The translations under genes were made by a program, and so were the position numbers. This document shows, piece after piece, positions 13,601 through 24,820 of a DNA stretch of 64,000 bases. This stretch comes from Phoronis australis (Eukaryota; Animalia; Phoronida): positions 1 to 64,000 of the forward strand of contig NMRA01000394.1 of NCBI GenBank assembly GCA_002633005.1. Direction: 5' to 3'. Position 1 is the stretch's first letter. Each line of letters opens with the position of its first letter. The notes under the pieces were generated by a model. That model was not told the origin of the DNA and made no database searches. It saw only the letters and a program-made list of their open reading frames with translations.

Positions 13601-14502
13601 TGCTCAAAGCGAGGTCAATGTACGAGTCCTTGTCACCCGGTCTCTCAGCCATCCTTGTGGGTTCACCAGAGTTGAGAATATATAAATCTAGTTCTGGAAG
13701 GCATTCGGCAAGACCGTTACCATCCGGGTTCACACCGTAGACATCCCAGTTGGGATGCCGAGCATTACAGTCACCAACAATAAGAATGTCAGGATAGATG
13801 TGAAGTATATTGTGGAAAAAATTCCAATGGTCACATCTAGTGGAGGAGTTACCCCGTACAGATTGACTAGTGTGAATGGGTCGCGGAAACCAGGATCAGT
13901 GACACTAATAATCTGTAATTGCCTGTCAGTGGTAGTGAAAGTGTGAGTATCCACAAGCTCTACCATGGTGTGGCTGTCTTTGTTGATTGCGTACGCCAGG
14001 CCATTGACGATGCCCTCTCTAGGAAGAATGATACCCTCGAGCTCAAAATCTGGTAGCTCCTTGAGTTTGGTTTCTTGAAACAGGAGAATGTCGTAGCTCG
14101 CACAGATATTCTGCATTACATGCTTGCTGCCACGTACATGTATGCTGCGCATATTACAGTAACCAATCCTGAGACGGTTGAGTTGAAGTCTTTCGTACTT
14201 GAGCTGTCAGGCACGTTTGCCAGCTCTTTTACTTCTCCGTTTCTTTCTAGGTCCGCGCTTTCTGGCGCCACTGCGAATGTTTTGTCCGGCTGCACCTCCC
14301 CAATCGCGCCGTCCAGCATCCATATGGACGTTTGTTTCTGTAATAAGTCTTGAAGCAGGCGATAGAGTGACGATAAGCCTGTCGAGGTTGTAACAACCTC
14401 TAAGCCCCATATACCCAAAGGATAGGATAACCGCGGCGGGTCAGCTCCCTACAGGCGGGCGGCAAATGACCAATAACGGTTAAGGAACCCCTCCCACCGT
14501 CC
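10659..14502 (-). mobile_element. Non-LTR retrotransposon with APE-RT-RNase H (I-group, Ingi-like), near full length, degraded
   Basis: APE: YDILLFQETKL, NSGEPTR, SYIDL, SDHY. RT: GPGPDG, DLEDAYNSV, GLPQGSPLSPVLFN, FVDY for FADD. RNase H: TSSTRMEFEAI, TDSM, HAGVSINERAD. 3' tail (CAGGTATTA)2. 7-bp TSD AGTTGAT at 10652-10658 and 14503-14509. Confidence 0.9.
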
Positions 14503-14779
14503 AGTTGATTTATGTGAGAAGTTGTTTGAACTAAGAATCTCGAAGTCGGAAATCAGTCATTTTTCTTTTTTTCGTAGGAAGCACTTAGGGCACGAAACTA
14601 AAAGTATTTAACTTGCCTTTCTAGTTCATGAAGTTTACACATTCGTCCACTTATCTTTTTTAAAACACTCTTTTACTTTTTTACATATGTACAGTTAGTA
14701 ATACGAGAACGCAGTCTCACACATACACACGCGATCGCACGCACATGTATATGGCCGCTTTACTAGTAATTGATATCAA

Positions 14780-16080
14780 TATCAAAAAGGTATTTTGGTG
14801 CATTTAGAATCCGATAATAACAATAATTTATTCATACAATTTTTAAAGCTATAGTGATATTCTTACATTTGGCATCTTTATTCCATCATCTTCTATTTTT
14901 CTGATTAAAATTTGTCATTTATTCCTTTCAACCTTGTTATCCAGACGAATTCAAAAACTATTATTAAAATCATCCAGTTATTTGTTGGTAGTGTTTAGCA
15001 TACATGCCAACTAATGAATATCATTTTTGAAAAATCATTCTTTCTAAAACTAATTATATCATTTGGTATAGATTCACAGTAAAGTTTATTAATAATATTT
15101 TTAATCTAGCATCTCCTCAATACAACATCCAAGGCCACTGGTGAAATTCTTCCTGAGAAATGTTTTGCTATATCTAACACTGGTGTGTGCGTTATCTTTA
15201 GACCTGACATTTCAGCATAATTATCAAGCGTGTTCAATTTGCTAGAGAAGAACCTGGTGACTCGTTTAAAAGGAAAATTGTTTCGTCAGCACATTGTGAC
15301 ACAACGTATCCAGTTTTATTTACTGAAAAACATCTTTTGTCACTTCCAAATAATTAGGCAAGTATTTCTGCTGATAAGATAAACATATTCGGGGAGAGAG
15401 GATCGCCCTGTTCACAACTTAGAGGGCTCTGATAAATTGCCAATCTCTGGTACAAAACGTCCGCGAACTACAAAAAGTGAAGACCCAGTGTTTTATTTAA
15501 CTCTTGAAATTAAATAAACCTAAAAGTTTTTTCACAAATTCCGAAGAAAAGCTGCCTAAGGCTTTTCCAAAATTTATCTGTAATAATGCACCCGGCATTT
15601 GATTATACTCTCGGAAATTCATGACTTCATATTCATCTGAGTCTCCAATTCCCCCCAAGGAATCTGCCTTTGATGGCTTCAAGTAAATTGATTCAAAACT
15701 GATTTTATTCGATTTGCAATGCTCCCAGATGCTAATTTATAAAAATTAATTTAGAGAAGTTATTGGTCTTTATTTCTTGAAAATTGTTAAGGCTTTAGAG
15801 ATTATGGCATTAATGTAATATTGGCAGACCTTTGCGTTGCACACATTTTCTTCTTTTCATAACTATCAGTAATATGTGTCAATGCCAAATTGTCCACTTC
15901 TGCCCATAAAAGCCTTAAAAAATTTATAGCAAATCCATCTGAGTCAGGACTTTTTTAGCTTTTAGAATTTTTCAAAACGTGTTAAGTTCTGAAAACGTAA
16001 ACATACCTTTAGATTTTAAAGGCGAAGGCAACCTTTTTCCATGTCATTTTGAGCTAAAATAAGGTTGGTTGGTTATCCTA
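14780..16080 (-). mobile_element. Ancient L1/Tx1-clade LINE ORF2 (RT) relic
   Basis: Reverse strand gives KSPxSDG (~15945), QGDPLSP (15390-15410), QCADE for YADD (~15285) and FEFVW...IEDDGIKMP...ALK (~14950-14840), with many stops and frameshifts. Confidence 0.75.
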
Positions 16081-16091
16081 GACATATTTTA

Positions 16092-18339
16092 GTTGATGAT
16101 GTGATGCGTTTTTGCCTCACGGGGACTGACGTGCCGTAAAACTGTCGGACGGCGGTAGCCTAGTTTTTTTTATAAAATTTTGGGCTGCCGAGGTTAGTGA
16201 ACTTAAGTCATCACCGCTGACCAGTTAGTGGGGCGCGAAAACCGAGTGCTGGCTGATTTGCGTAGAGTACGGTAAAATCTCACCAATTTCGGACAAAAAT
16301 AAGTTCCAAAATTGGTCTTCTAATATTGTTTTGAATGTTCACAGTTGCTGGAAACATTGTCTGAAGGTAGCCATGGCATATAGCATCTATTTGCTGCTAC
16401 CGATCTTTTATTAAAAAATGAAGACATAAAATTTCACTTGTCCTCCATATGGTGTCCTAAATTGGTGAGATTTTACGTAATTTATGTGGCAACCGGTGAT
16501 CGGGGTTGGTGTAGGTAATCAGGGAACTTAGGTACAACATGCTAAATGTAATACCCTACCTTGATTGTTTCTCCCTAGAGTGATTCTCAAGCAATAAAAC
16601 GGCATTTTCATTTCCACCCAAATAAGTTAATGAAAAACAGACTAGGTAGACCCTGCTGGATAAACAGCGTAGCCACGGTTCACCTATGAAGCCGGTCATG
16701 GCGATTATTATTCTGTTACTGTTATGATCGCAAACTAGACATATTATTCTCCAGGGATGTTGTCAATCTTCAATTTAGTTCTAAACTGCAACATGACTGC
16801 AGTTTGTCATGACGCGTTTGGCTTCCCGCGGGAGTTTTTCGCGCTAAGCTCATTTCAGAAACGTACATTTAAAGTTTCTTGCTCCAAGCGCGCGTGCGAC
16901 CTGCATGACACTACATTTATTACTTATGTTTCGGAACAATCAAACTAATCCCGTAATGTCGAGAAAGGAGTCCACTTTTTTTCACTAGTATATTTTTCAT
17001 ATTTGTTAAGCAGAAATTCTCTAATTACTTTCGGAGAATAGCCAAATTTTTTTGATTTGCTGCTTGAATAACTCCAGTTCCTGGTAATGTCTTCTGACAG
17101 TACCAAAACAGCATCCCGTAGTTGNGCATGGTGGAATGGGTGGTGGAGAGATCTCACGGCAGGCGAGGGCCTGGAATTCTCGAGGCAACACGTAAAGTGG
17201 ACGGGGCCAGTGAAACCTGAGGTGCATGGGAATGGTGGAAGGGGTGGTGATAAACTGGCGTCAACCGGGGCATTTGCACCCATCCATGTAAACATTCTTA
17301 TGCTTATTCGTTGATGATGTGATGCGTTTTTGCCTCACGGGGATTGACGTGCCGTAAAACTGTCGGACGGCGGTAGCCTAAGTTTTTTTTATAAAATTTT
17401 GGGCTACCGAGGTTAGTGAACTTAAGTCATCACCGCTGACCAGTTAGTGGGGCGCGAAAACCGAGTGCTGGCTGATTTGCGTAGAGTACGGTAAAAATCT
17501 CACCAATTTCGGACAAAATAATTTCCAAAATTGGTCTTCTAATATTGTTTTGAATGTTCACAGTTGCTGGAAACATTGTCTGAAGGTAGCCATGGCATAT
17601 AGCATCTATTTGCTGCTACCGATCTTTTATTAAAAAATGAAGACATAAATTTCACTTGTCCTCCATATGGTGTCCTAAATTGGTGAGATTTTACGTAATT
17701 TATGTGGCAACCGGTGATCGGGGTTGGTGTAGGTAATCAGGGAACTTAGGTACAACATGCTAAATGTAATACCCTACCTTGATTGTTTCTCCCTAAAGTG
17801 ATTCTCAAGCAATAAAACGGCATTTTCATTTCCACCCAAATAAGTTAATGAAAAACGGACTAGGTAGACACTGCTGGATAAACAGCCTAGCCACGGTTCA
17901 CCTATGAAGCCGGTCATGGCGATTATTATTCTGTTACTGTCATGATCGCAAACTAGACATATTATTCTCCAGGGATGTTGTCAATCTTCAATTTAGTTCT
18001 AAACTGCAACATGACTGCAGTTTGTCATGACGCGTTTGGCTTCCCGCGGGAGTTTTTCGCGCTAAGCTCATTTCAGAAACGTACATTTAAAGTTTCTTGC
18101 TCCAAGCGCGCGTGCGACCTGCATGACACTAAATTTATTACTTATGTTTCGGAACAATCAAACTAATCCCGTAATGTCGACAAAGGACCACTTTTTCCAC
18201 TAGTATATTTTTCATATTTGTTAAGCAGAAATTCTCTAATTACTTTCGGAGAATAGCCAAAATTTTTTGATTTGCTGCTTGAATAACTCCAGTTCCTGGT
18301 AATGTCTTCTGACAGTACCAAAACAGCATCCCGTAGTTG
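16092..18339 (+). repeat. ~1.03-kb near-identical direct duplication (16092-17124 and 17310-18339)
   Basis: Both copies start GTTGATGATGTGATGCG. Copy 1 ends at the N at 17125. Twin ORFs 16757 and 17975 differ by one residue. Probably uncollapsed haplotypes or contig overlap. Confidence 0.85.
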
Positions 18340-18796
18340 GAACTATCATTCATTTGAGTACCCAAGGCAACACCAACAAGACATTCGCGAGAAAAGTTGA
18401 TGTCATTGTGTAATGTATTGCATTATTTTGCGTTTTGCGAAATGCTTGAGTCCACGGTACACAAGTAGTTTACAACATATTTGTTTCCAAATTATTGTAA
18501 TAAAGCGCAACTTCGGTGTTCCTTGCCAAAAAAGTCTGCATCGCTTTCGTGGAGTCAAAAATGTGTTGGAATCACCTTTAATTCATCAGCAAAAGTGATT
18601 TGAAACTTACGAGCAACTGATCAAGTAACCGTTGAAATTCACTTGTCATGACCTGTTGAACCTGGAAGTTGGTCCTAGGTTGAACCAAGCGTTAAAGGTT
18701 GGTTGGTATTTTGAAGTTGTGATTGATACAGACAGCGTTTGACATTACATTTCTTCTCACCCGGGCCCTGAATGATTGACTTTTCATAATCCACAG

Positions 18797-18829
18797 GTGA
18801 TTGTCACGGCGACGGTGTTAAAGGGTGTA
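18797..18829 (+). CDS. CAP-domain protein, 33-nt micro-exon (xDCHGDGVKGC)
   Basis: CCACAG acceptor and GTAAGT donor, phase 1/1. Joins in frame to the 21140 exon, giving DCHGDGVKGCKCEAQCENC. Confidence 0.72.
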
Positions 18830-20162
18830 GTAAGTATTTTTATTCATTAGAGGCTCTATCCAGCTCGATCTGTATACGTAAGAACCGAGTGGCACACCTT
18901 GTCAACATGTAATATGTTTTCTCTGGCTACTATGGCTGCCCAAGTGGCCTTTTCCACTTTTTCCGCTGTATTTATTTAAATCCTTGTAGGATCTTTGTGA
19001 GATTTGGCGAGCGTTTTTCTTGTGATGTGACTTCCGCTGTGTTCTCCAGTGGCAATTTTATTTTTTTACATTTCAATATGTGTATTCATGGTATCTTTTC
19101 ATGTAATTCCTAGCCTAATTTTCGAGTAGAATTCACGTACCCACCCTGCTCCACCTCTTGATTATTTGCATTATTTGTTACACGTATCTGCCACACCATT
19201 CAAAGCAACATTTATGAAAATCGGCATGTGTGTTCCTGCTGAGAAGTTCCTTACCAACGTTGACTACAGATGGTGTCTAACTACTGCGTCCAAGGCTTTA
19301 CCTCTTAAGCCTTTCGAAGATTTTTTAATTTACAAATTTGGCTCGTGTATGACCAAAGATGATAGAGCATATTTTCTGACGGATCCAAGTGTTCCAAACT
19401 TTTGTATGTTACTAAAGAAAGTGGGCTCTGGAAAATAACACAATTCAGGACAAAGAGACCAATGAACCAGTGTTTCATAGTTGTCAACATTCGGGGATGA
19501 AAAACTGGCAATTATTGGATTGAAACGCGAAACTTCCAGATACAAAGCGGGACATCCGGGTCTAAGCCAAAACGCACGGGTGAAATGTTCGCGGCAACAC
19601 ACGAAAACGTAAAAACGTACCGACAGCGTTTCTTACCAAACAGGAGACGTTACACGCAAAAGCGACAGGTGGTGTTTTCTGTTTTCATTTTTTAAAGTCG
19701 CATTGGCAAGTGTGAGTGCCCCAAAAGCCCATGAAATGTCAAGTTTATTTTCTTCTTAATCGAATGGAAAAATAGTGCGTTGGAAATCACGGAGGTGTAT
19801 GATAATGTATCTGTGTTGCCACGTCTCAAAAAGCGGGACATTTTGATAGTGTAGCGGGATGGTGGGAAAAATCAAAAAGTAAAATAATCCGCCAAGAGTG
19901 GGGCAATTGGCAAGAACAGTGCACGCTATCAGCAACACAAATTATTGGGTTGTTTTTTTACCACTTGCACCTTTCACTTTTAAATTTCATTTCAGGGGCA
20001 TAGGTAAATACTGCAGATAACACTTACTGCTCAGAAATCGAATTAACAAAAAGTACCTGGGTAACACCTGTCTTACAATGCACCCTTTTTACAAAACAGT
20101 AAACAACGAAACTGCAATAAATAATAAGGTATCGGACATATTCACATACTTATCAATAAAAA

Positions 20163-20781
20163 NNNNNNNNNNNNNNNNNNNNNNNNNNNNNNNNNNNNNN
20201 NNNNNNNNNNNNNNNNNNNNNNNNNNNNNNNNNNNNNNNNNNNNNNNNNNNNNNNNNNNNNNNNNNNNNNNNNNNNNNNNNNNNNNNNNNNNNNNNNNNN
20301 NNNNNNNNNNNNNNNNNNNNNNNNNNNNNNNNNNNNNNNNNNNNNNNNNNNNNNNNNNNNNNNNNNNNNNNNNNNNNNNNNNNNNNNNNNNNNNNNNNNN
20401 NNNNNNNNNNNNNNNNNNNNNNNNNNNNNNNNNNNNNNNNNNNNNNNNNNNNNNNNNNNNNNNNNNNNNNNNNNNNNNNNNNNNNNNNNNNNNNNNNNNN
20501 NNNNNNNNNNNNNNNNNNNNNNNNNNNNNNNNNNNNNNNNNNNNNNNNNNNNNNNNNNNNNNNNNNNNNNNNNNNNNNNNNNNNNNNNNNNNNNNNNNNN
20601 NNNNNNNNNNNNNNNNNNNNNNNNNNNNNNNNNNNNNNNNNNNNNNNNNNNNNNNNNNNNNNNNNNNNNNNNNNNNNNNNNNNNNNNNNNNNNNNNNNNN
20701 NNNNNNNNNNNNNNNNNNNNNNNNNNNNNNNNNNNNNNNNNNNNNNNNNNNNNNNNNNNNNNNNNNNNNNNNNNNNNNNNN
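20163..20781. other. Assembly gap (N run)
   Basis: Run of N. Confidence 1.
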
Positions 20782-21139
20782 CATTGGAGTTCTATGACAG
20801 ATTTCCACGATGCCACGCATTTTCGGACGGGTTTGACGTATTTAACACCAGTTTTATGATATTAATAAAGACCCGTAGAAGCATGCCGTCTGTAGTGCAG
20901 TCTCGGGCGTAAATCCACGCTATTCGTTGCTCTTGTCTGAAACGCAGCCTTATTTGTACGCTTAGTTAACTTGCGCAGCTTCAATACTTTGGGTATTGTA
21001 AATTGTATTTTTGACCAAATATTCTTGAAATCGTTCTTTTCAGAGTGTAGTGTCTTATATGCGTATGAAAAAGTTCCAGTGTTTACTGTGTTAAAGATCA
21101 CGAGCAGAACGCCACTGACTCCTACTATCTGTTTTTCAG

Positions 21140-21337
21140 AATGTGAAGCGCAATGTGAAAACTGTGCTTCTGTCAACCAGTTGAAGTGCAAATGCTTGTG
21201 TAAGAAAGGTTACATCGGGCAACGGTGTACTAGCACGTGCAGAAACAACCATGCTTATTGTGGGGACGGCTGGTGGCCATCCAATTGCAAGCATGATTTC
21301 GTGTCCAGATACTGTCCGGCTATGTGTAAAACCTGTG
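21140..21337 (+). CDS. CAP-domain protein exon: EGF-like plus ShKT domain
   Basis: TTTTTCAG acceptor. CEAQCENCASVNQLKCKCLCKKGYIGQRC (EGF CxCxxGYxGxxC), then CRNNHAYC...C...CPAMCKTC (ShKT CxxxCxxC). Donor GTAAGA, phase 1/1. Confidence 0.92.
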
Positions 21338-21963
21338 GTAAGATTCACTTCTTTGCGTCACACTTTGACGTGGAGTAATTTATGTCATCGGACCAAATAG
21401 AGGAGAAGGTAATTAAGTCATATGTTAGCTGGATGATTTGGATTCTTCTGTGAGAATTTACGCCTCTCGTCTTTCATCGACGGATGTGAAGTCGTGTTTA
21501 CTTGAAACGTTGAACTACAGTAACTAAAATGCCAACTACCGTGAATGACCCATCAGAACAATCTGATGGAAGTAAAAGACACGATTCGATTTAAATAGTT
21601 CATTACTCTTAACCATGGTGCATGGCGGTACTGGACCAAGTGGAAATCCAACGTAGTTCGACAACAGAACGAAGGTAGAAGATTTCTAATACAATGGAAA
21701 CAAGACTGTACCAATTACTTAAATTCAATGGCCAGACTGTCTGTAACCTCTCACTGGACACAGTCCTTTTTGTAAACAGTTTGTAGATTGAACGTCGTTA
21801 CAACCTTGCATTTAATTCGTAATATTGAAATACCACAAATAGTTCAAAGACTGGGAGGAGATATATATACAATATTACAAACGTACATTTAATGTCGCTG
21901 ACGGTGACCCAAACTGCTATTACTTGAGGTGCAGTGTAAGCGTATCGTTGCATCTATGTTTAG

Positions 21964-22229
21964 AGGCTCCCGATGAACCGTGCGTCACCACCACTGCAGG
22001 ACTTGCAACAACCACCACTCCAAGCCAGGCGAAACAACTGACCAACTCTAAGAACACTGATGGCAAGACGACACAATCGACACCAACTGGTAAATTGCCT
22101 AGCAACGGAGCACCTAAGGGAATAATGAAAGAAGCGATGAAAGAAGCATCGGCCGCTGGTATATGGCATGCAAATTTAAGTCTTATCTCATTCTCCCTAT
22201 TAGGACGTGTATTGTTTTCATTCATTTAA
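21964..22229 (+). CDS. CAP-domain protein terminal exon: Thr-rich stalk and hydrophobic C-terminus (GPI-signal-like)
   Basis: GTTTAG acceptor, phase 1. EAPDEPCVTTTAGLATTTTPS...ASAAGIWHANLSLISFSLLGRVLFSFI*. AATAAA at 22390. Confidence 0.85.
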
Positions 22230-23844
22230 CAGTGGTATTTTACTATTGGCGGATCACATCCTATATGTGTGTACTTGCGCGTTAGGTTACAACTGTTCTG
22301 TAGTAGAAGAATCAGATACTTAAAAATATACTTGATAGGGGATTACAAAGATGAAAACAATGGTAACTGCATTGAGCTTGTAACATTTCAATAAAATAGC
22401 TAACTAACAACAATATTTTATATTGTAGTTACCGAGGAATTGGCGCCTGCCGATATAATATTTAGCAATTTCTATTCAATTAATGTTGAAATAATGAGAA
22501 ATCACAAATATTAAACCTATGTCAATCGGACGAAAACGGCGAGCTGTAGCATGTGTACACACAAACAAACACATAACACCGGTTCCCGACAGGGCAACAT
22601 ACTTGGAAAAATCATTTGCCCAAGATAGGATTCTAGAACAGGTTCAATGAATGTGGCACGTGCAATTACGAGGTCACTTACGCTATGTCTTCTGATACAC
22701 GCGATTTCAATTGATGTTTCATGCAGGCCTATACCGTGCATGTAAGTTATTTAACGACACATGTATGTCTTCTATGGTTTGTCAGTGAGACAATAAATAA
22801 TCATTAAAAATTATTTTTGTAAGACTACGAACTGTAGATGCAAATGATATTTTTATAACAAGTGTTTATCTTTCAAAACACGTGGAAGATCACCATGAGT
22901 TTCAAAGAATCGAAAGATTTTTTCGTTCGCATGATTTTGCGTGGCCTTGCTCATCTTGCCTATTCCGCTAGAGAACTTACCAACGTTTATATTCATGCAA
23001 ATATACCATGTCGGCGACACACACCAATCGATCGATCAAATAGAGATCAACAGCTTTTACTGGCTCTCCATATTAGAGGCAGGGTTGATAAGGCAAAGAC
23101 ACACTAGTGTATGAATTAAAAGAAACTACAAGTTGCGACCTCAGAGTGTTTGGCGACCAAGTCGCGACTAAGTTGCCAGTCGGATAATCAAAGACGGACA
23201 ACGATTCCCTCTAAATTTATTTCAAAGTTAGTGTTGACTTCCAAGCTTTAAATGACTAACAGTTTTTCTAGACTGATTACTGATGATTCACGATTGTTCC
23301 GTTGATTTCGTGAAATCAGCGCATTTGGCACATTACTCCTAAATTACAACAGCAAGTAAACAAACAAAAGTCGGAATTATTTGGCAAAAATTGAACGACG
23401 CATTCACGGGGGAAAAGTTCAGGAGTACAAGAAAAAATGGCCGAAGTTGCAGCTGTTCGACTTTTTTAGTCACCGCCGCATCCCAAAAATCAGAATTCAT
23501 TTCGCAAAATAACACTCATCAGTCAGCTTGTTGAAAGTTGTCTGGATCATGCATTTTTGTAGAAAAGTCTGATCATCTTCTTTGAAAGGCAAATGATTAT
23601 CCAATAAAGCACCCAATAACATGACGCAATTTTGAGAATCTTAGCAATCCCTTTTCTTTTAACATATTTCTTTATTTTTCTGGAATTTTTCCATTGTGTT
23701 TACAGTGACATTTCATACTGGCATTGTAAGTAAATGTTTTATTCCATTTCATACTGGTAACATTCCTTACTTTGACGCTTGCTACAAAAATGTTGCGGGG
23801 CGGAGACAAGTTTTCGTTCCCCAATATTTCGGGTGTCAAAAATA

Positions 23845-24627
23845 GGATAGTTCTAAAATCTCTACGACCCCCACACCGCTAGACCCTCTCGATCCACGAC
23901 CTGTGGCAACAGAGGTGCTTTTGCGATTTTTACATATTGCATAATCTTATTACGTCGCTGAGTGACTTTCCCATAAGACATACCTACACGCGACACTCCT
24001 CTGGCTCATGTCTGGTGATTAAAAACAGAGAGTGGCCTGAGAATGTGATCTGAAATAGCGCATTGTGAGCGCGCTACCGTTGTACGGAAATAGTTCCACG
24101 ACCAGCTACCTATGGCCCAGTTCTACTAAACTTAGGGAGAGAGCACGTTTAACGTGAATGTACATAATTTCACATTTTATTATTTGCTCTCTGTTGTATA
24201 CTCGTTTACAATATACTCAATATAAAGTTGAATGCTTTATAGTAATTAGTTTGTTTTTTTCAAACTGCATTTACTGATGAAATTGCAGTTTTGTCGGTTC
24301 CTCGCACTCTCCACAAAAAATATTGAATCAGCAGACGAGACAATGATGCTCTGCCGGGAACATTTGTAAAGTTGGCAGGTCCTTGATTTGATTTGGTCGT
24401 GTTGTTTTTTTCTGTTTTTGGCTTTCAAACTTGCCTAATAGATACTCTTAATTGCAAAAAACAGGGAAAAGCCAGCCAAGCTCACGGCTCTACTCATTGG
24501 TTCTGCAAGTCAGGGCTTGTTCTTAGCTCAGATCGAGCCGAGCTTGTGTAGACTGGGTCGAGGGGGTTTGGTTGTGGGTCGAGGGAGGGCGAGGGGTGTG
24601 GGGCGTCGAAGGGTTTTAGAACTATCC
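23845..24627. mobile_element. Non-autonomous TIR element (~780 bp) with CCAC/GTGG-rich subterminal repeats
   Basis: GGATAGTTCTAAAA...TTTTAGAACTATCC inverted ends. Interior (GGAAATAGTTCCACGA, TTCTACTAAACTTAGGGAGA) is shared with 63358-63955. Partial inverted ends at ~37190-37295 and ~38000-38092. TSD not resolved. Confidence 0.75.
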
Positions 24628-24820
24628 CAATAAATATCGATTAATAAACATTTAACTATTAAGTTTCGACACGCAAACTACGCTTTAAAATAAAATTGAA
24701 AATTGAAAAGGAGGATCCCCGTCGTGCAACCATCAGATGCTTCCTACGGCTATGCTGTATTCCTCAGCCAATCCACTACACAGCACCTACTAATGTAGGA
24801 ACTACTACTCTACGTGAACT

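Noticed and set aside
15383-15420. NIFGERGSPCSQ as the missing CAP hinge exon
   Set aside because: It is the antisense of the RT motif QGDPLSP in the L1/Tx1 relic and is followed by a stop.
20078-20820. Long ORFs of 224-243 aa
   Set aside because: Artefacts of the N gap.
23279-23320. CTGATGA...GAAA hammerhead candidate
   Set aside because: The stem II register is wrong because pairing consumes the GA of GAAA. It is a simple hairpin.
24801-24809. ACTACTACT as the second Polinton terminus
   Set aside because: The adjacent sequence is not the reverse complement of 32225 onward, it lies on the wrong side, and there is no TGGGCC TSD.
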